From positions 434,001 through 498,000 of the forward strand of contig NC_043018.1 of assembly GCF_006345805.1 (NCBI RefSeq): a stretch of 64,000 bases of DNA, written 5' to 3'. This DNA comes from Octopus sinensis. Lineage: Eukaryota. Positions 1 through 13,253 of this stretch are shown here, in pieces. The notes under the pieces were generated by a model, which was not told where the DNA came from, ran no database searches, and saw only the letters and a list, made by a program, of their open reading frames with translations. Made by a program: the position numbers and the translations under genes. The first letter of the stretch is position 1. Each line of letters starts with the position of its first letter.

Positions 1-458
1 TTTAATCTAGTTTTATCCATATATAACAGTAGGAACGAGAACAATAAAAGCACCACCAGCACGATAACAATAGAAACCGTTTAATTATTTGAATTAAGCC
101 GAGTGTTACACATATTTTGGACGTAGGTTGTCATTACGCATCTTTGTTAATTTCCAGTTGTTAACACAACGATGAAACGAGGGAGAGAAGCCATGGAACA
201 AATGGTTTAATCTCAATCGAACGAAGTAGATTCGGTATAAGATAATTTGACAATAATATCTAAGAAGTTTATTCGAAGGTTTTAAGACTCTCAAAATCTT
301 CATAACATTTCGCAAATTAAAGCCTGCAGCGGAAATGATTTAGAGAAGCATTTCCTCCTCATATATATTTAGGAGAGATACTACAACTTCTATAACATTT
401 TAACACACTTTTTTCTTTCGTAAGAAATGATAGCAAAATTAATATATAATATATAAGT

Positions 459-543
<85 letters not shown>

Positions 544-605
544 ATAATCATCATAAGTCAGAGTGTGCTTCTCTTTAGGGTTTAGGTTTTACTGACATTA
601 TATAT

Positions 606-643
<38 letters not shown>

Positions 644-901
644 TTACTCTCACGGGCTATCTTTTACTTGAAAGCAATACTCTCGTATTGCAATAATTTT
701 TCATTGAAACTTCATCACTGTTCTCGTTCTGTTAACGTTTTGGCGTTCAGACGAGTGTACTGGCATAGATGTGGCAACCTTTGAAATATTGTCGAGCTAT
801 ATGCAGCTGATGAATAAAAATCAAATATACGTTGGTAAACGTATTTTGAAGAATCTGAAACCCGTACCGCATTATCCGTTTCTAGGTTTTTCATTTTTCA
901 G

Positions 902-916
902 ATGTTCTTCCTAGGG
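902..916 (+). CDS. Candidate 15-nt microexon, copy 1 (ATGTTCTTCCTAGGG)
   Basis: Acceptor tttttcatttttcAG, donor GG|GTAAGA. Frame-preserving length; open in phase 0 (MFFLG) and phase 1 (DVLPR). Confidence 0.4.
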
Positions 917-1330
917 GTAAGACAATTATGTTCATGTTTGTTGCACACACGCATCTTTACTAGTACATACGCAGAGAAGCTATACATTAGCGTCGTATTT
1001 ATTACGTTCGCTATTTTCCAGTGAACATCTGTACTTCGTTGTACCATTTATTTACTTTTATATGTATGATTTTACATTCACGGGCTATCCTTTACTGGAA
1101 AGCAATACTCTCGTATTGCGTTACTATTTTCATTGAAACTTCTTCACTGTTCTCGTTCTGTTAACGTTTTGGCGTTCAGACGAGTGTACTGGCATAGATG
1201 TGGCAACCTTTGAAATATTGTCGAGGTATATGCAGCTGATGAAGAAAAATCAAATATACGTTGGCAAACATATTTTGAAGAATCTGAAACCGGTACTCCA
1301 TTATCCGTTTCTAGGTTTTTCATTTTTCAG

Positions 1331-1345
1331 ATGTTCTTCCTAGAG
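1331..1345 (+). CDS. Candidate 15-nt microexon, copy 2 (ATGTTCTTCCTAGAG)
   Basis: Same acceptor, donor AG|GTAAGA. Lies in the second unit of the tandem duplication. Confidence 0.4.
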
Positions 1346-1540
1346 GTAAGAGAATTTTTTTCATGTTTGTTGCACACACGCATCTTTACTAGTACATACG
1401 CGGTGAAGCTATATATTAGCGTCGTATTTATTACGTTCGCTATTTTCCAGTAAATATCGGTACTTCGTTGTGCCATTTATTTACTTTTATATGTATATTC
1501 ATATATATATATATACTTATATTCATATATATATACTTAT

Positions 1541-1686
1541 ATGGCGTTAGGAAGGGCATCCAGCCGTAGAAACACTGCCAGATCTGACTGGGCCTGATGA
1601 AGCCTTCCAGCTTCACAGACCCCAGTTGAACCGTCCAACCCATGCTAGCATGGAGAACGGACGCTAAATGATGATGATGATGATGA
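1541..1686 (+). mobile_element. 5'-truncated SINE/LINE 3' end (family E) with (ATG)n tail
   Basis: tggcgttaggaagggcatccagccgtagaaa...ggacgctaaatgatgatgatg; a GC-rich island ending in a tandem-repeat tail. Confidence 0.7.
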
Positions 1687-1730
1687 TATATATATATACA
1701 TACATATATATATATATAGACATTCATACT

Positions 1731-1789
<59 letters not shown>

Positions 1790-4020
1790 CATAAACATAT
1801 GTACATATTTATATAAATACATGTATACATTCATAAATATATGGACAAGAATATCTATGTGAATATGTATATGTGTGTGAAAGATTGTGTACTTATATTC
1901 GAATATACATATACAATTACGTATTCATAATGTTAGAGAATAACAGTTGTAAAATGAGAAGTAATATGTGATATTCTAGGGAACCCATGGTAGTATAATA
2001 CATTTGTGTAGTCTTTAATTCCGTCGAGGTCCTGGGCTACTTGTTAAACCACTGGTCTACGTTACGAGTGTTGAGTTAGGGGTTCTTTACAAGGTACGAA
2101 CGCCACGTGTTCTCCTCGAGTAAAGCTTAAAATATGATGGCTCCGGATGAACCTGTAAGCTCGAAGTAGACTATATATGTGCCATGCTTTTTTATAAATA
2201 TCTCTTCTTCAATATCAGATCTTTAAGAAAGTGAAATTGTCATTTCTGCACATAGAAAATATGCTGCAACTGTAGAATTATTCCAATTACATTTTGTAGA
2301 AGCTTTCTGAAGTTTCTCGCGATGAGAACGTTCTAACAGTGTAACTCACGTACTTCTAAATGTAATACAACGAAAAGTAGAAAGTACTTAATGCGTAATA
2401 GAACAGCAACAGGAATAACAACCCTGTGATTTTGAGAATGATGTATTTTGCTCTGCAGGATTAATGGAATGTATCGAAGCCTTCAATAAACTATTTTGTA
2501 ATTGTTAGAACTTTATTGGACATGACAGCTATCTAATATGTTTACGTACAATCACACGAATGAAATTAATACAGAAGATAGATTGAAATAATTATTTCCA
2601 GATTAGTAAGTAGAAACCTATATTGAACTTATTTAAAAGTTAAACTGAGAAGCAGACGTGGAAACTGAAGAACCAAATTATGACCAAGAATATACTTTAG
2701 ATCATTGTTTTCGTGGTAGCAGGCTGGGTGTAAGGGAAATGTTTTTTTTTGTAATCTGAGAGTTCATTAAGTAAGTTTGGTAAGTGATAAAATAGAAATA
2801 AGACGGTTGTATGATAACAATGAACTAGCATCAAACATAGAGCCGCAGTTGCAACAGAAGAAGCAATAGTAGGAGCAGCAGCAACAACTAAAATATTTGC
2901 TTTAAATAGGATTGTTGATTCAAAGATGAAATAAAACGGAATGTTCCTGAAAGATATTGGGAAAAAAATGTATTGAAGTTTTCGAGAGGAATTTCATTTC
3001 AGTTCTTTTCTTTCTATATTATTCTATTTTTTTTTTGTATTTGATCTTGATCTTCTACAAGATTTGTTAATGTCGCTTTTGTAAAATGTTCAATTAATGT
3101 TCAGTGTAAAAGGGAAATAACACTACAAAGGGAAAGAAGGCAAAACAACGGATGGTTTGATCATAGGAAAGAGAAAAATAAAACGATTGGGTAGGAGTGA
3201 ATGAAAGGATGAGAAGAAAAAATATTCTCACCAAATTAAAAAAAATAATCTGATAAATAAAATACATAGAAAAGAGCGCAAATAAGGAAGAAATAATGTA
3301 TAAAAATAAGAACATTATTATAATAAAAAATAAATCCAATATGGCAAATATCCACGAAGAATTGATTCGATTCTAAAATCGAAAAACGTACAATTCTTGT
3401 TGTAATTCACATTTCTGTCAAATGTTTCGTGATTTCAAGGATAGTTTTCTGTGATCGGGGAACTCTTTGAAGAAACCAGAATGAAAACGGCGAGAAATAA
3501 AGTTGAAAATAAATAAATAAATATATAAATAAATAAGCAAGAAATATCAAGGGAAGAAAAAACATTACAACTACAACAACAAACACAATACATGAGAATG
3601 AGAGAGAAAAAATGGAGAAAGAGACTGAAAGAGAACGGAATCACAAATAAGGAATAAAACAACAATGGCGACTAATATTACGCGGAAAATTAAAAGAAAT
3701 TAGAGCAGTTCATTTTATGTTTTTTATTAAGTTATATTCGCTAATAATATTTCGAGGATAAAAAAACATAACATCGGTATAAAAAAACAAAAAAGAGACG
3801 GATAACAAATAAGCAGTAAGAAATAAATGCATGTGTGTATACATATATGTTTTCTTGAAATGCGTTAGAAAAGAACATATAAATGAATATTCACATTTCG
3901 TGATGTGGTGAAATACTTTATATATAAAATGTGTTGAATTTTTACCATTGGAACAAACAATATTAAAAAGTTAGAAAATTATTGTATATGTATATATACA
4001 GACGTGTGTGCATTGATAAG

Positions 4021-4052
<32 letters not shown>

Positions 4053-4208
4053 ATATATAATATATATATATATATCTATATATATACATATATATATACA
4101 CACACATATATATATATATTATATAATATATATATATATATTATATATATTATATATATATTATATATATATATTATATAATATATTATATACACACATA
4201 TATATATA

Positions 4209-4251
<43 letters not shown>

Positions 4252-4547
4252 CTGTGTACTGAGTGTGTGTGTATACATATTCATATTAATATATATATAT
4301 ATGATTAGATTAAATATGTAAAATACCAATTTAAAATGGTATATTATATAGACATATTATGTATGTATATATATATGTTTGTGTGTGTATACGTATATAT
4401 ATCCGTAGATATTTATGTTGAATATATATCTCAATAATAACACGTATAACTTACGTGTAAGAAACTCGGAGGGGAACAGATGGAATCACCAAATGTTTCA
4501 CACTGTACGTGAATGCAGGCTAAGAAATAAACGCACACACGAACATA

Positions 4548-4592
<45 letters not shown>

Positions 4593-4799
4593 TACACACA
4601 CAACTCACACACACGCACGTAACACACATACATACACACCGATATACCCAGTTTCATGCCGAAAATTATTTTAAAGTGGAAGAGTATAATGCGGAGTTCT
4701 ATGCAGAGGAGTATAATCAAGGAGTTCCAATCGATGAATTATATCATGAATTGCATGGTTTAACAAGTGATTCAATAATTATTATCATTATATATATAT

Positions 4800-4884
<85 letters not shown>

Positions 4885-4893
4885 TATATATAT

Positions 4894-5293
4894 ATTTTTT
4901 TACTTGTTTCAGTCATTTGACTGCGGCCATGCTGGAGCACCGCCTTTAGTCGAGAGCAATCGACCCCGGGACTTATTCTTTGTAAACCCAGTACTTATTC
5001 TATCGGTCTCTTTTGCCGAACCGCTAAGTGACGGGGACGTAAACACACCAGCATCGGTTGTCAAGCAATGCTAGGGGAACAAACACAGACACACAAACAC
5101 AAACACACAAATATATATATACATATATACGACAGGCTTCTTTAAGTTTCCGTCTACCAAATCCACTCACAAGGCATTGGTCGGCCCGGGGCTATAGCAG
5201 AAGACACTTGCCCAAGATGCCACGCAGTGGGATTGAACCCGGGACCATGTAGTTGGTTAGCAAGCTACTTACCACACAGCCACTCCTGCGCCT
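4894..5293 (-). mobile_element. tRNA-derived SINE family A, full length
   Basis: Minus-strand head aggcgcaggagtggctgtgtgg (A box)...ggttcaatccc (B box), cttgggcaag core-like motif, internal TA/TG tract; about 15 copies in the window. Confidence 0.9.
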
Positions 5294-5328
5294 ATATTTG
5301 TATATATATGTTATATATCTAGTATATA

Positions 5329-5373
<45 letters not shown>

Positions 5374-5539
5374 TATTGTGTGTGTGTGTGTGTGTGGGTG
5401 TGTGTGTGTGTGTGTTGTGTATTTATATAGAAACATAACAACCCCATATATGATTTGGTTATCAGGGCACAAACAGTTAGGTTTCTGTTAGAAGCCTCTG
5501 AGAGCGTAAGTTCCATGTGGCGAAACATATTCTTCTTCT

Positions 5540-5569
5540 TCTTCTTATTATTATTATTATTATATTATA

Positions 5570-5607
<38 letters not shown>

Positions 5608-5760
5608 TATTATATTATTATTTATTATTATATTATTATTATTATTATCATTATTATTATATTATTATTATTATTATTATCATTATTATTATATTATTAT
5701 TATTATTATTATTATTACATAATTATATATATATTATCATCATTAATAATAATAGTATTA
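5540..5760. repeat. (ATT)n compound microsatellite
   Basis: Direct reading of the sequence. Confidence 0.95.
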
Positions 5761-5815
5761 ACAATATGTGTATATATGAATTTATATAAATATATACATA
5801 TATTGTGTATATATG

Positions 5816-5847
<32 letters not shown>

Positions 5848-6954
5848 ATCTATATATATATATATATGTATGTACATATATATATGCATATACACACATA
5901 TATATAATTGTATACTTATAAATGTATGTTTATATATATATATATATATATAATATAACAATGGACAAACGTGCTTTTAATTACAACAAAATTGTGAAAT
6001 ATATTCCTTCTAGCTAATACATTAATACATTATGAAATGTTTTATTTAAGAAAGTAAGAGTTGGCACGAAATATTTCAACTAGAGTAGAGATTTATGTAC
6101 GTGCGTGTGTGTGTTGTGTCTGTGTGTGTCTGTGTGTGTGTGTGTGTGACCTGATGTGTCTCTAAGTGCAACTGTCTATCTTTATATGTGTATGCTTGTG
6201 TGCATGACAGAAAGTGTAAAACCGTGTGAGTATAGAAGGAATAATAGGAAAGAAATCTATGTTACACTGAAATTAATGGAAGAGTCGTATGCTCGCTATT
6301 CACGTTTGCTTCGTTTTCATGTGAAATATGTGTGTATTTAATGCACACATAATATTATATTTACACGAATTGACATGCCAAATCACAGAAGCACAGAAAG
6401 GAAACATATGTATATATATATATATATAAGTATAAGTATATACATATAAAATATAAATATATATATAGATATTTTATATATACATTTCTATTTCTATATA
6501 TATATATAAATATATAATATATAAATTATAATAAACATATATATATAAATATAAAATAATATATATATATATAAAGTATAAATATATACATATATAATAT
6601 AAATATACATATATATATATATAAATATAAATGATATATATATATTAATATATAATATATAATATATATTATATATAATATATATAATATATTATATATT
6701 ATCTATAGTAAATAATATATATATATATATATAATCTATATCTATATGCAAATGCATGTACGTGTATTTGTGTATATGCACTTTGTGTGTACATATGCAT
6801 TTTGGCTCTTCTGTTCAGACCCTGAAGACTTTTTAGTGGGATCAGTCGACACCAGTACCTATTTATTGTTTTCTGTTAACGCTGGTACGTATACTGATAG
6901 CTTAGTTTTGCCGAACCTCTAACTGTGTGAACCTATACACGCGAACATTATATA

Positions 6955-7038
<84 letters not shown>

Positions 7039-7154
7039 TGTTGTTTGTTACTGGTTTTATAACCGTATATCTGTATGGAAGAACACTGATATACCTTTCA
7101 TGGATAACTTCGATGAGGACTAGCATTGTATTTATGTTGGTTGCTTGAATATGT

Positions 7155-7352
7155 ATGAATATGCATAACATCATGCTCAGAATGGTCAGTGGCAAGAGAG
7201 GAAGAGGCCGACCAAGAACCCGCTGGCATGACACCATCAAGAGTGATACCGGAATAGACATAGCCAGTCTGAAAGAAGCGGCCCAGGATAGAACTGACTG
7301 GAGTACACTGATCCATCGAGTAACCGAGAGTCGACTTCGACTGAGCGGATAG
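7155..7352 (+). mobile_element. RTE-clade LINE, 3' fragment of RT ORF
   Basis: Translation ...VSGKRGRGRPRTRWHDTIKSDTG...AAQDRTDWSTLIHRVTESRLRL* matches the RTE/Bov-B-type C-terminus. Confidence 0.85.
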
Positions 7353-7450
7353 ATGGATGCATAAGATATTTTATAGACACACACAAACACATACACACTC
7401 ATAAATACACACCCAAACATATGTGAGTATGTATTTATATGTATATAAAA

Positions 7451-7790
7451 GGGGTAAAGACCCCCTTCGGTCATGAATGACCATGGGATTGCACCTAGAA
7501 AGTTACCCTCCTAGACACAAGTCCGGGCAAGGTTGTTTATGGAAGACCAGCAGTCGCCCATGCAACCCAGCCTCTCTCTCCACGTCACCAGTGTTATCCA
7601 AGGTAAAGACAAAGGTCGATACAGCTTGGCACCTGTGACGTCGCAACTCATTTCTACAACTGAGTGAACTGGAGCAACGTGAATAAAGTGCCTTGCTCAA
7701 GAACACAGCACGCAGCCCGGTCCGGGATTCGAGCTCACAACCTCACGATCATAAGCTCGATGCTCTAACCACTGAGCCATGCGCCTTCAC
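7451..7790 (-). mobile_element. tRNA-derived SINE family D
   Basis: Head gtgaaggcgcatggctcagtggttagagc...ctcgaatccc, central gtgttcttgagcaaggcacttt, distinct tail ending catgaccgaagggggtcttt; homologous to 36105-36400. Confidence 0.85.
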
Positions 7791-8105
7791 TATAGCCATG
7801 CGCCTATAGGTAAATAAAGTTAATATATTATCTGTAGGGAAAAGAGAAATTTAAGTTAGTTATCATTTATATATGGTTCACTTTATTAATGTTACGAAGT
7901 TGACTTTAGAAAGCAAACTGCTCATGAACTGCAATCAAGAGAAGAATCGAAAAAAAAAATCCATGCCATTGAAAGAAATGCTAGTAATACGAAGCTAAAA
8001 GACAGCGTATTCTTTGGATAATTTCGCTGCACTTGTCCGAAATTTTCAGCAACTGCAAACGTGTTTTAATCCCTCTCCGTTGAATTATTCTACAACTAGC
8101 TGCAT

Positions 8106-8489
8106 AAGGAGCACTCCGTCGGCTACGACGATGAGGGTCCCAGCTGATACGAACAACGGAACAGCTTGCTCGTGGAATTAACGTGCAAGTGGCTGAGCAC
8201 TCCACAGACACGTGTACCCTTAACGTAGTTCTCGAGGAGATTCAGCGTGACACAGAGTGTGACAAGGCCGGCCCTTTGAAATACAGGTACAACAGAAACA
8301 GGAAGAAAGAGAGAAAGAAAGTTGTGGTGAAAGAGTACAGCAGGGCTCACCACCAGCCCCTGCAGGAGCCTTGTGAAGCTTTAGGTATTTTTGCTCAATA
8401 AACACTCACAATGCCCGGTCTGGGAATCGAAACCGCGATCCTACGACCGCGAGTCCGCTGCCCTAACCACTGGGCCATTGCACCTCCAC
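8106..8489 (-). mobile_element. tRNA-derived SINE family B with 11-bp TSD
   Basis: Head gtggaggtgcaatggcccagtggttagggc; TSD actagctgcat at 8095-8105 and 8490-8500. Confidence 0.92.
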
Positions 8490-9458
8490 ACTAGCTGCAT
8501 TATGGTTTTACGGGCTAAGGGGGACATAACTCTAATGGTTCTAATTTTTCTTTATATTTATTCGTCCTTCGATATTTTAATCTGCTTTTCGTTTTTTGTT
8601 TCAATTTCTCCTCTACAAGCGTTCTGATTTGTAAATGAAACAGTCCACGTGCCCATAGCGCGGAAATTGCTTGGATACAGAAGGCTTGTTATAAAAACTT
8701 TTCTAGACCCGCGTCTCCTAAACAAAAATCTATTAGTAGCTCTCTGATCTTGCTTTATTTGAACAGTAAGCTACACACACGCACACACACACACGTATAT
8801 ACACACACACACACAGATATAGCTGACAAGGAAAATTGAGTTTAACCCTAGGCGCGGTAAGGGCCACTGATGAAAATTGAGATATTCCGGAATAAAATTT
8901 CCAAATCGCCGGTGATATGCCTATGTCTGCTGTGGAATCTCCTCATTCAAACAGAGCTTCTGTACCTCTTAGTAGACTATCAAGGTAATGGCGTCTACAA
9001 ATTTACCTGTAGGTTCTTCAATTGCTAATAAGCCACCCGTATTATTTGTAGTTCCCATGTTCACCGTTTTTGAAATGCAGCGTATGAGTTCAGCGTTTTT
9101 CTTATAAACTGAGAAGGTGAGATGATTTTTTAACCCTTGGCGCGGCAGGAACAACCGATGAGAATTAAGAAGCTCCACATTAAAATTCGAAGTCGCCTGT
9201 GATTTGGCTATCTCAGTTGCATTTATGGAAGTCTGTATCTGTATTATCAGACAATTGCAAAAATAAAAAGATATTTAAAAACATTCAGAATTCTGCAAAA
9301 ATCCGAAGGAAATTCTTTACGGTTCAAAGCGTTACTTCATATGTACACAGACAGACAGACATATGTGTGTGTCATTTTCGGTGTTTTTATTTGTGTCACT
9401 GCAGATTTATTTTGAATAGCATAAAACCATAAATTACAATTTCAAGCCAAGTTCATAT

Positions 9459-9877
9459 AGGCGCAGGAGTGGCTGTGTGGTAAGTAGCTTGCTAAACAAC
9501 CACATGGTTCCAGGTTCAGTCCCACTGCGTGGCATCTGGGGCAAGTGTCTTCTGCTATAGCCCCGGGCCGACCAATGCCTTGTGAGTGGATTTGGTAGAC
9601 GGAAACTGAAAGAAGCCTGTCGTGTATATGTATATATATGTATGTGTGTGTTTGTGTGTCTGTGTTTGTCCCCCCCCCTAGCATTGCTTGACAACCGATG
9701 CTGGTGTGTTTACGCCCCCGCCACTTAGCGGTTCGGCAAAAGAGACCGATAGAATAAGTACTGGCCTTAGAATAAGGCCAGAATAAGTCCTGGAGTCTAT
9801 TTCCACTACTAAAGGCGATGCTCCAGCATGGCCGCAGTCAAATGACTGAAACAAGTAAAAGAGTAAAGAGAGTAAAA
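9459..9877 (+). mobile_element. SINE family A, full length
   Basis: Same head and body as 4894-5293; tail gtaaaagagtaaagagagt. Confidence 0.9.
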
Positions 9878-9880
9878 TAG

Positions 9881-9950
<70 letters not shown>

Positions 9951-10759
9951 CATACATACATACATATATATTTATGTATAACAGAAAACACAAGCGTGTA
10001 TGCTGATAAGCATTAATCTGTTGTTAATGCCACACAACTATAGAAAATGCGTATATAGACATCGTGTTATGTGTTTGAAATTCTTCAATACTTCGGTGCA
10101 ATTTCTATTGGAAATACTTATCATGCCACCATTGAATTGATATGCACATGCGTATTATATACCCAACTGGGAGTATAAATATGTAAAGGTGTAGTATATC
10201 AGAATTATGCATAGATATTATTCAAAAATCAATGAATATACGCATATTGTTATATCGAATAATATTGCGCACGCGTTCACGAATTAATGTTGGAAATTTG
10301 GTTCCTTTGGAATAATAGTTATTGATCTTAACGTCTTTTATATAAGAATTGCTTCCGATCTTTCGATTTTCCTGCAAAAGTTCTAAAGAAAAGGCATGCA
10401 CCTATACAAAGATCTTAGCAATTAACGTATTTGTAATGTGTCAAGTTTACACCATACACACAACACACGCGCGCACACACTCACGTGCGCGCACACACAC
10501 ACCCACCCCATCACCGTGTATTTGCGTCAAGGCATAATAGAAGTCTGCTATGCTGGAAATAGTCACCCCTCCCATTTCTACATCTACACGGAAAACGTTA
10601 ATTGAGGCAACTTAGAATGAAAAACGAAATTATAAATAATAACAAAAAATCAATTCAAAAATGAAATATTCTCCAGGAATCAATTACTGAATTAAAATCA
10701 CCAATCGATACTAAAATAAAAGGAAACGAGAAGACCAAAAGATGTCTATTCATTTGTCC

Positions 10760-11120
10760 ATGTAATCCGTGCTGATTTCAATGGTAAAATGCTTGGGTCA
10801 TGAACCTGAAATATGGCTATCAATTGATGCGAATTTCGATCGATCAGAATTTATAGTTTCGCTCGGGTAGAGGATATTTCTCAGGTGATTTTCTTCTGCA
10901 CAATAATATATATCGAATTTGTTACATATATCAATCTGACCTTCACCACTACTGCTTCAAATGTCACACCCTTTTTACGAGGAACAAATTATTGTGTGCT
11001 GATATCAATGCTTTCTGGCCATATCTGAAAGCTGATTTTAAGAGATATTTCTGGCGTTAATCTTTGCTTTCACTGTTTTTAATAAAGGGCGTTTGCTTCG
11101 TATTAACCGAGTTAGGACAA
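10760..11120 (-). mobile_element. Possible heavily decayed Helitron helicase remnant
   Basis: Frameshifted peptides KQTPFIKNSESKD / VKAKINA / FQIWPES / GEGQIDI / SIDS loosely follow the order of the Pif1-type Helitron helicase region GDFRQTLPV...EINA...LWP...SIDS. Confidence 0.3.
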
Positions 11121-11279
11121 CAGAGCAGAGTTCGATACATCATCATACACAGTTCATACTGATATCACAATACGAACAACTATGTTGATATAAGGAATTC
11201 AAAGAAATACGATATAGTCGCATAAGCATTTGAAACTTTACTCTAAAGTCTTGGTTGCATCTAGCTTCATGTATTGAGG

Positions 11280-11432
11280 GCGCACACTCTCCTACCCTGA
11301 TGTAATCTCCAGGGATACAGGCATCCAGCAACAGGACCTCCGTAATGCTATGATGGACCGTGAATTCTGGCGCAACATGGTAAATTCCATTGTCTCGACC
11401 ACGGTCGAACAATGATGATGAATGATGATGAT
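11280..11432 (+). mobile_element. RTE-clade LINE 3' end with (ATG)n tail
   Basis: RTLSYPDVISRDTGIQQQDLRNAMMDREFWRNMVNSIVSTTVEQ* followed directly by tgatgatg repeats. Confidence 0.8.
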
Positions 11433-11540
11433 GTGAAAGCATGGATCATAATTTAGAATTAAAGACCAGTAGATTACAACAGTCAGCATTACCGTGGCCA
11501 TGGTTGTGCATTTCCGCTGGATGCTGATATAGAGAAGGTA

Positions 11541-12110
11541 CTGAGCTGGCAGAATCATTAGCATTTCGGATAAAATGCTTAGCGGTATTTCGTCCGTCTT
11601 TATTTTCTGTGTTCAAGTTCCGCCAAGGTTGACTTTGTCCTTTATTCTTTCGGAGTCAATAAAATGAGGCGCAGGAGTGGCTGTGTGGTAAGTAGCTTGC
11701 TAATCAACCACATGGTTCCGGGTTCAGTCCCACTGCGTGGCATCTTGGGCATGTGTCTTCTGCTATAGCCTCGGGCCGACCAATGCCTTGTGAGTGGATT
11801 TGGTAGACGGAAACTGAAAGAAGCCCGTCGTATATATGTATATATATATGTGTGTGTATGTGTTTGTGTGTCTGTGTTTGTCCCCCTAGCATTGCTTGAC
11901 AACCGATGCTGGTGTGTTCACGTCCCCGTCACCTAGCGGTTCGGCAAAAGAGACCGATAGAATAAGTACTGGCGGTGCTCCAGCATGACCGCAGTCAAAT
12001 GACTGAAACAAGTAAAAGAGTAAAAGAGTATTATTTGAGTACAGGGGTCGAATTAATCGACAAGTTCCCGTCCCCAAAATTGCTGGCCTTGTGACAACAT
12101 TTGGAATCAA
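11541..12110 (+). mobile_element. SINE family F (Nin/Deu-like central domain) split by a family A insertion
   Basis: gagctggcagaatcattagc...ttctttcggagtcaataaaatga | family A | gtattatttgagtacaggggtcga; colinear with the intact copy at 41921-42149. Confidence 0.75.
11667..12030 (+). mobile_element. SINE family A nested in family F
   Basis: Full head to (aaaagagt)n tail, with an internal deletion in the tail region. Confidence 0.9.
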
Positions 12111-12577
12111 TATTCAATGAGGACGCAGATTTTTCTTCTTCAAGATATGGACAACTTCGAACATAAATATATCATAGTTTCACCGTATCCAAACAGACAT
12201 ATACTCAAAATATTTTTAATTATTAACAGCCTGTCATTATAAAGAATATTTAAAGAAACTAATGTAAAATATTAAGAAAAGATGATAGGGTTCAATTTGG
12301 CAGTTAAATTTAACAGATCGTTTTGTAGAAATTTGCAGATCGGTGCGTAGACCACTTAAATCACATGCCATTATGATACTGGTCTACTAGCAATACACTG
12401 GTTCGTATACACAGATGGTTTCCTCTCCTTAACCAAATATATTCACAAGAATTTATAACACTGAAATTGTTGCATTTTCAAAAACGGTGGCCTCGTAATG
12501 TATTGGTTTATAGGAATCAATTTTTCTTTCTTTATGACCACAAATGAAAGCGTTTCCCTTCACATTATAATACCTAC

Positions 12578-12962
12578 GTGGAGGCGCAATGGCCCAGTGG
12601 TTAGGACAGTGGACTCGCGGTCATAGGATCGCAGTTTCGATTCTCAGACCGAGCGTTGTGAGTGTTTATTGAGCGAAAACACCTAAAAGCTCCACGAGGC
12701 TCCGGCAGGGGATGGTGGTGATCCCTGCTGTACTCTTTCACCACAACTTTCTCTCACTCTTACTTCCTGTTTCTGTTGTACCTGTATTTCAAGGGGCCGG
12801 CCTTGTCACTCTCTGTGTCACGCTGAATATCCCCGAAAACTACGTTGAGGGTGCACGTGTCTGTGGAGTGCTCAGCCACTTACACGTTAATTTCACGAGC
12901 AGGCTGTTCCGTTGATTCGGATCAACCGGAACCCTCGTCGTCGTAACCGACGGAGTGCTTCC
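12578..12962 (+). mobile_element. SINE family B with 11-bp TSD
   Basis: TSD tataataccta at 12566-12576 and 12963-12973. Confidence 0.92.
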
Positions 12963-13253
12963 TATAATACCTATGTTCAACAAATTCAATGTCTAGATAA
13001 GGTCTTCGAAGGCAGTACGTTGATCATTTATAAGGTGTATGGCAGGGCTAATCATGCGCCAATGGTACCGAAGAAATGATGGCTACTATAAAGGTATCAA
13101 GTATAGTATTACAAAAATGTGTCGGTGATTTATCACCGCTTCCTACTTAACTGATACTTGTATCAAATTTAACGGGAGACTTTAGCAGCTCTCATCGTGT
13201 GAATGGCAATGATATACAGTAATAATTATTTTAATAATTCACAATGTTGTTGT

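Larger units (their letters stand above)
650..1495. repeat. Tandem direct duplication of a ~428-bp non-microsatellite unit (2 copies)
   Basis: Unit 1 starts tcacgggctatc at 650 and unit 2 at 1078. They are colinear with scattered substitutions (roughly 90% identical by eye). Confidence 0.95.

Noticed and set aside
2459-2497. Possible 39-nt phase 1-1 exon GLMECIEAFNKLF after ttttgctctgcAG
   Set aside because: Good acceptor but weak donor (TTT|gtaatt) and no recognisable homology.
4650-4770. Protein-looking stretch KVEEYNAEFYAEEYNQGVPIDELYHELHGL
   Set aside because: Contains a short internal duplication (gagtataat) and has no convincing splice sites.
5489-5535. Hammerhead-like ctgagagc...gcgaaacatatt
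   Set aside because: The core lacks a base, there is no valid NUH site and helix I is out of register; at best a dead relic.
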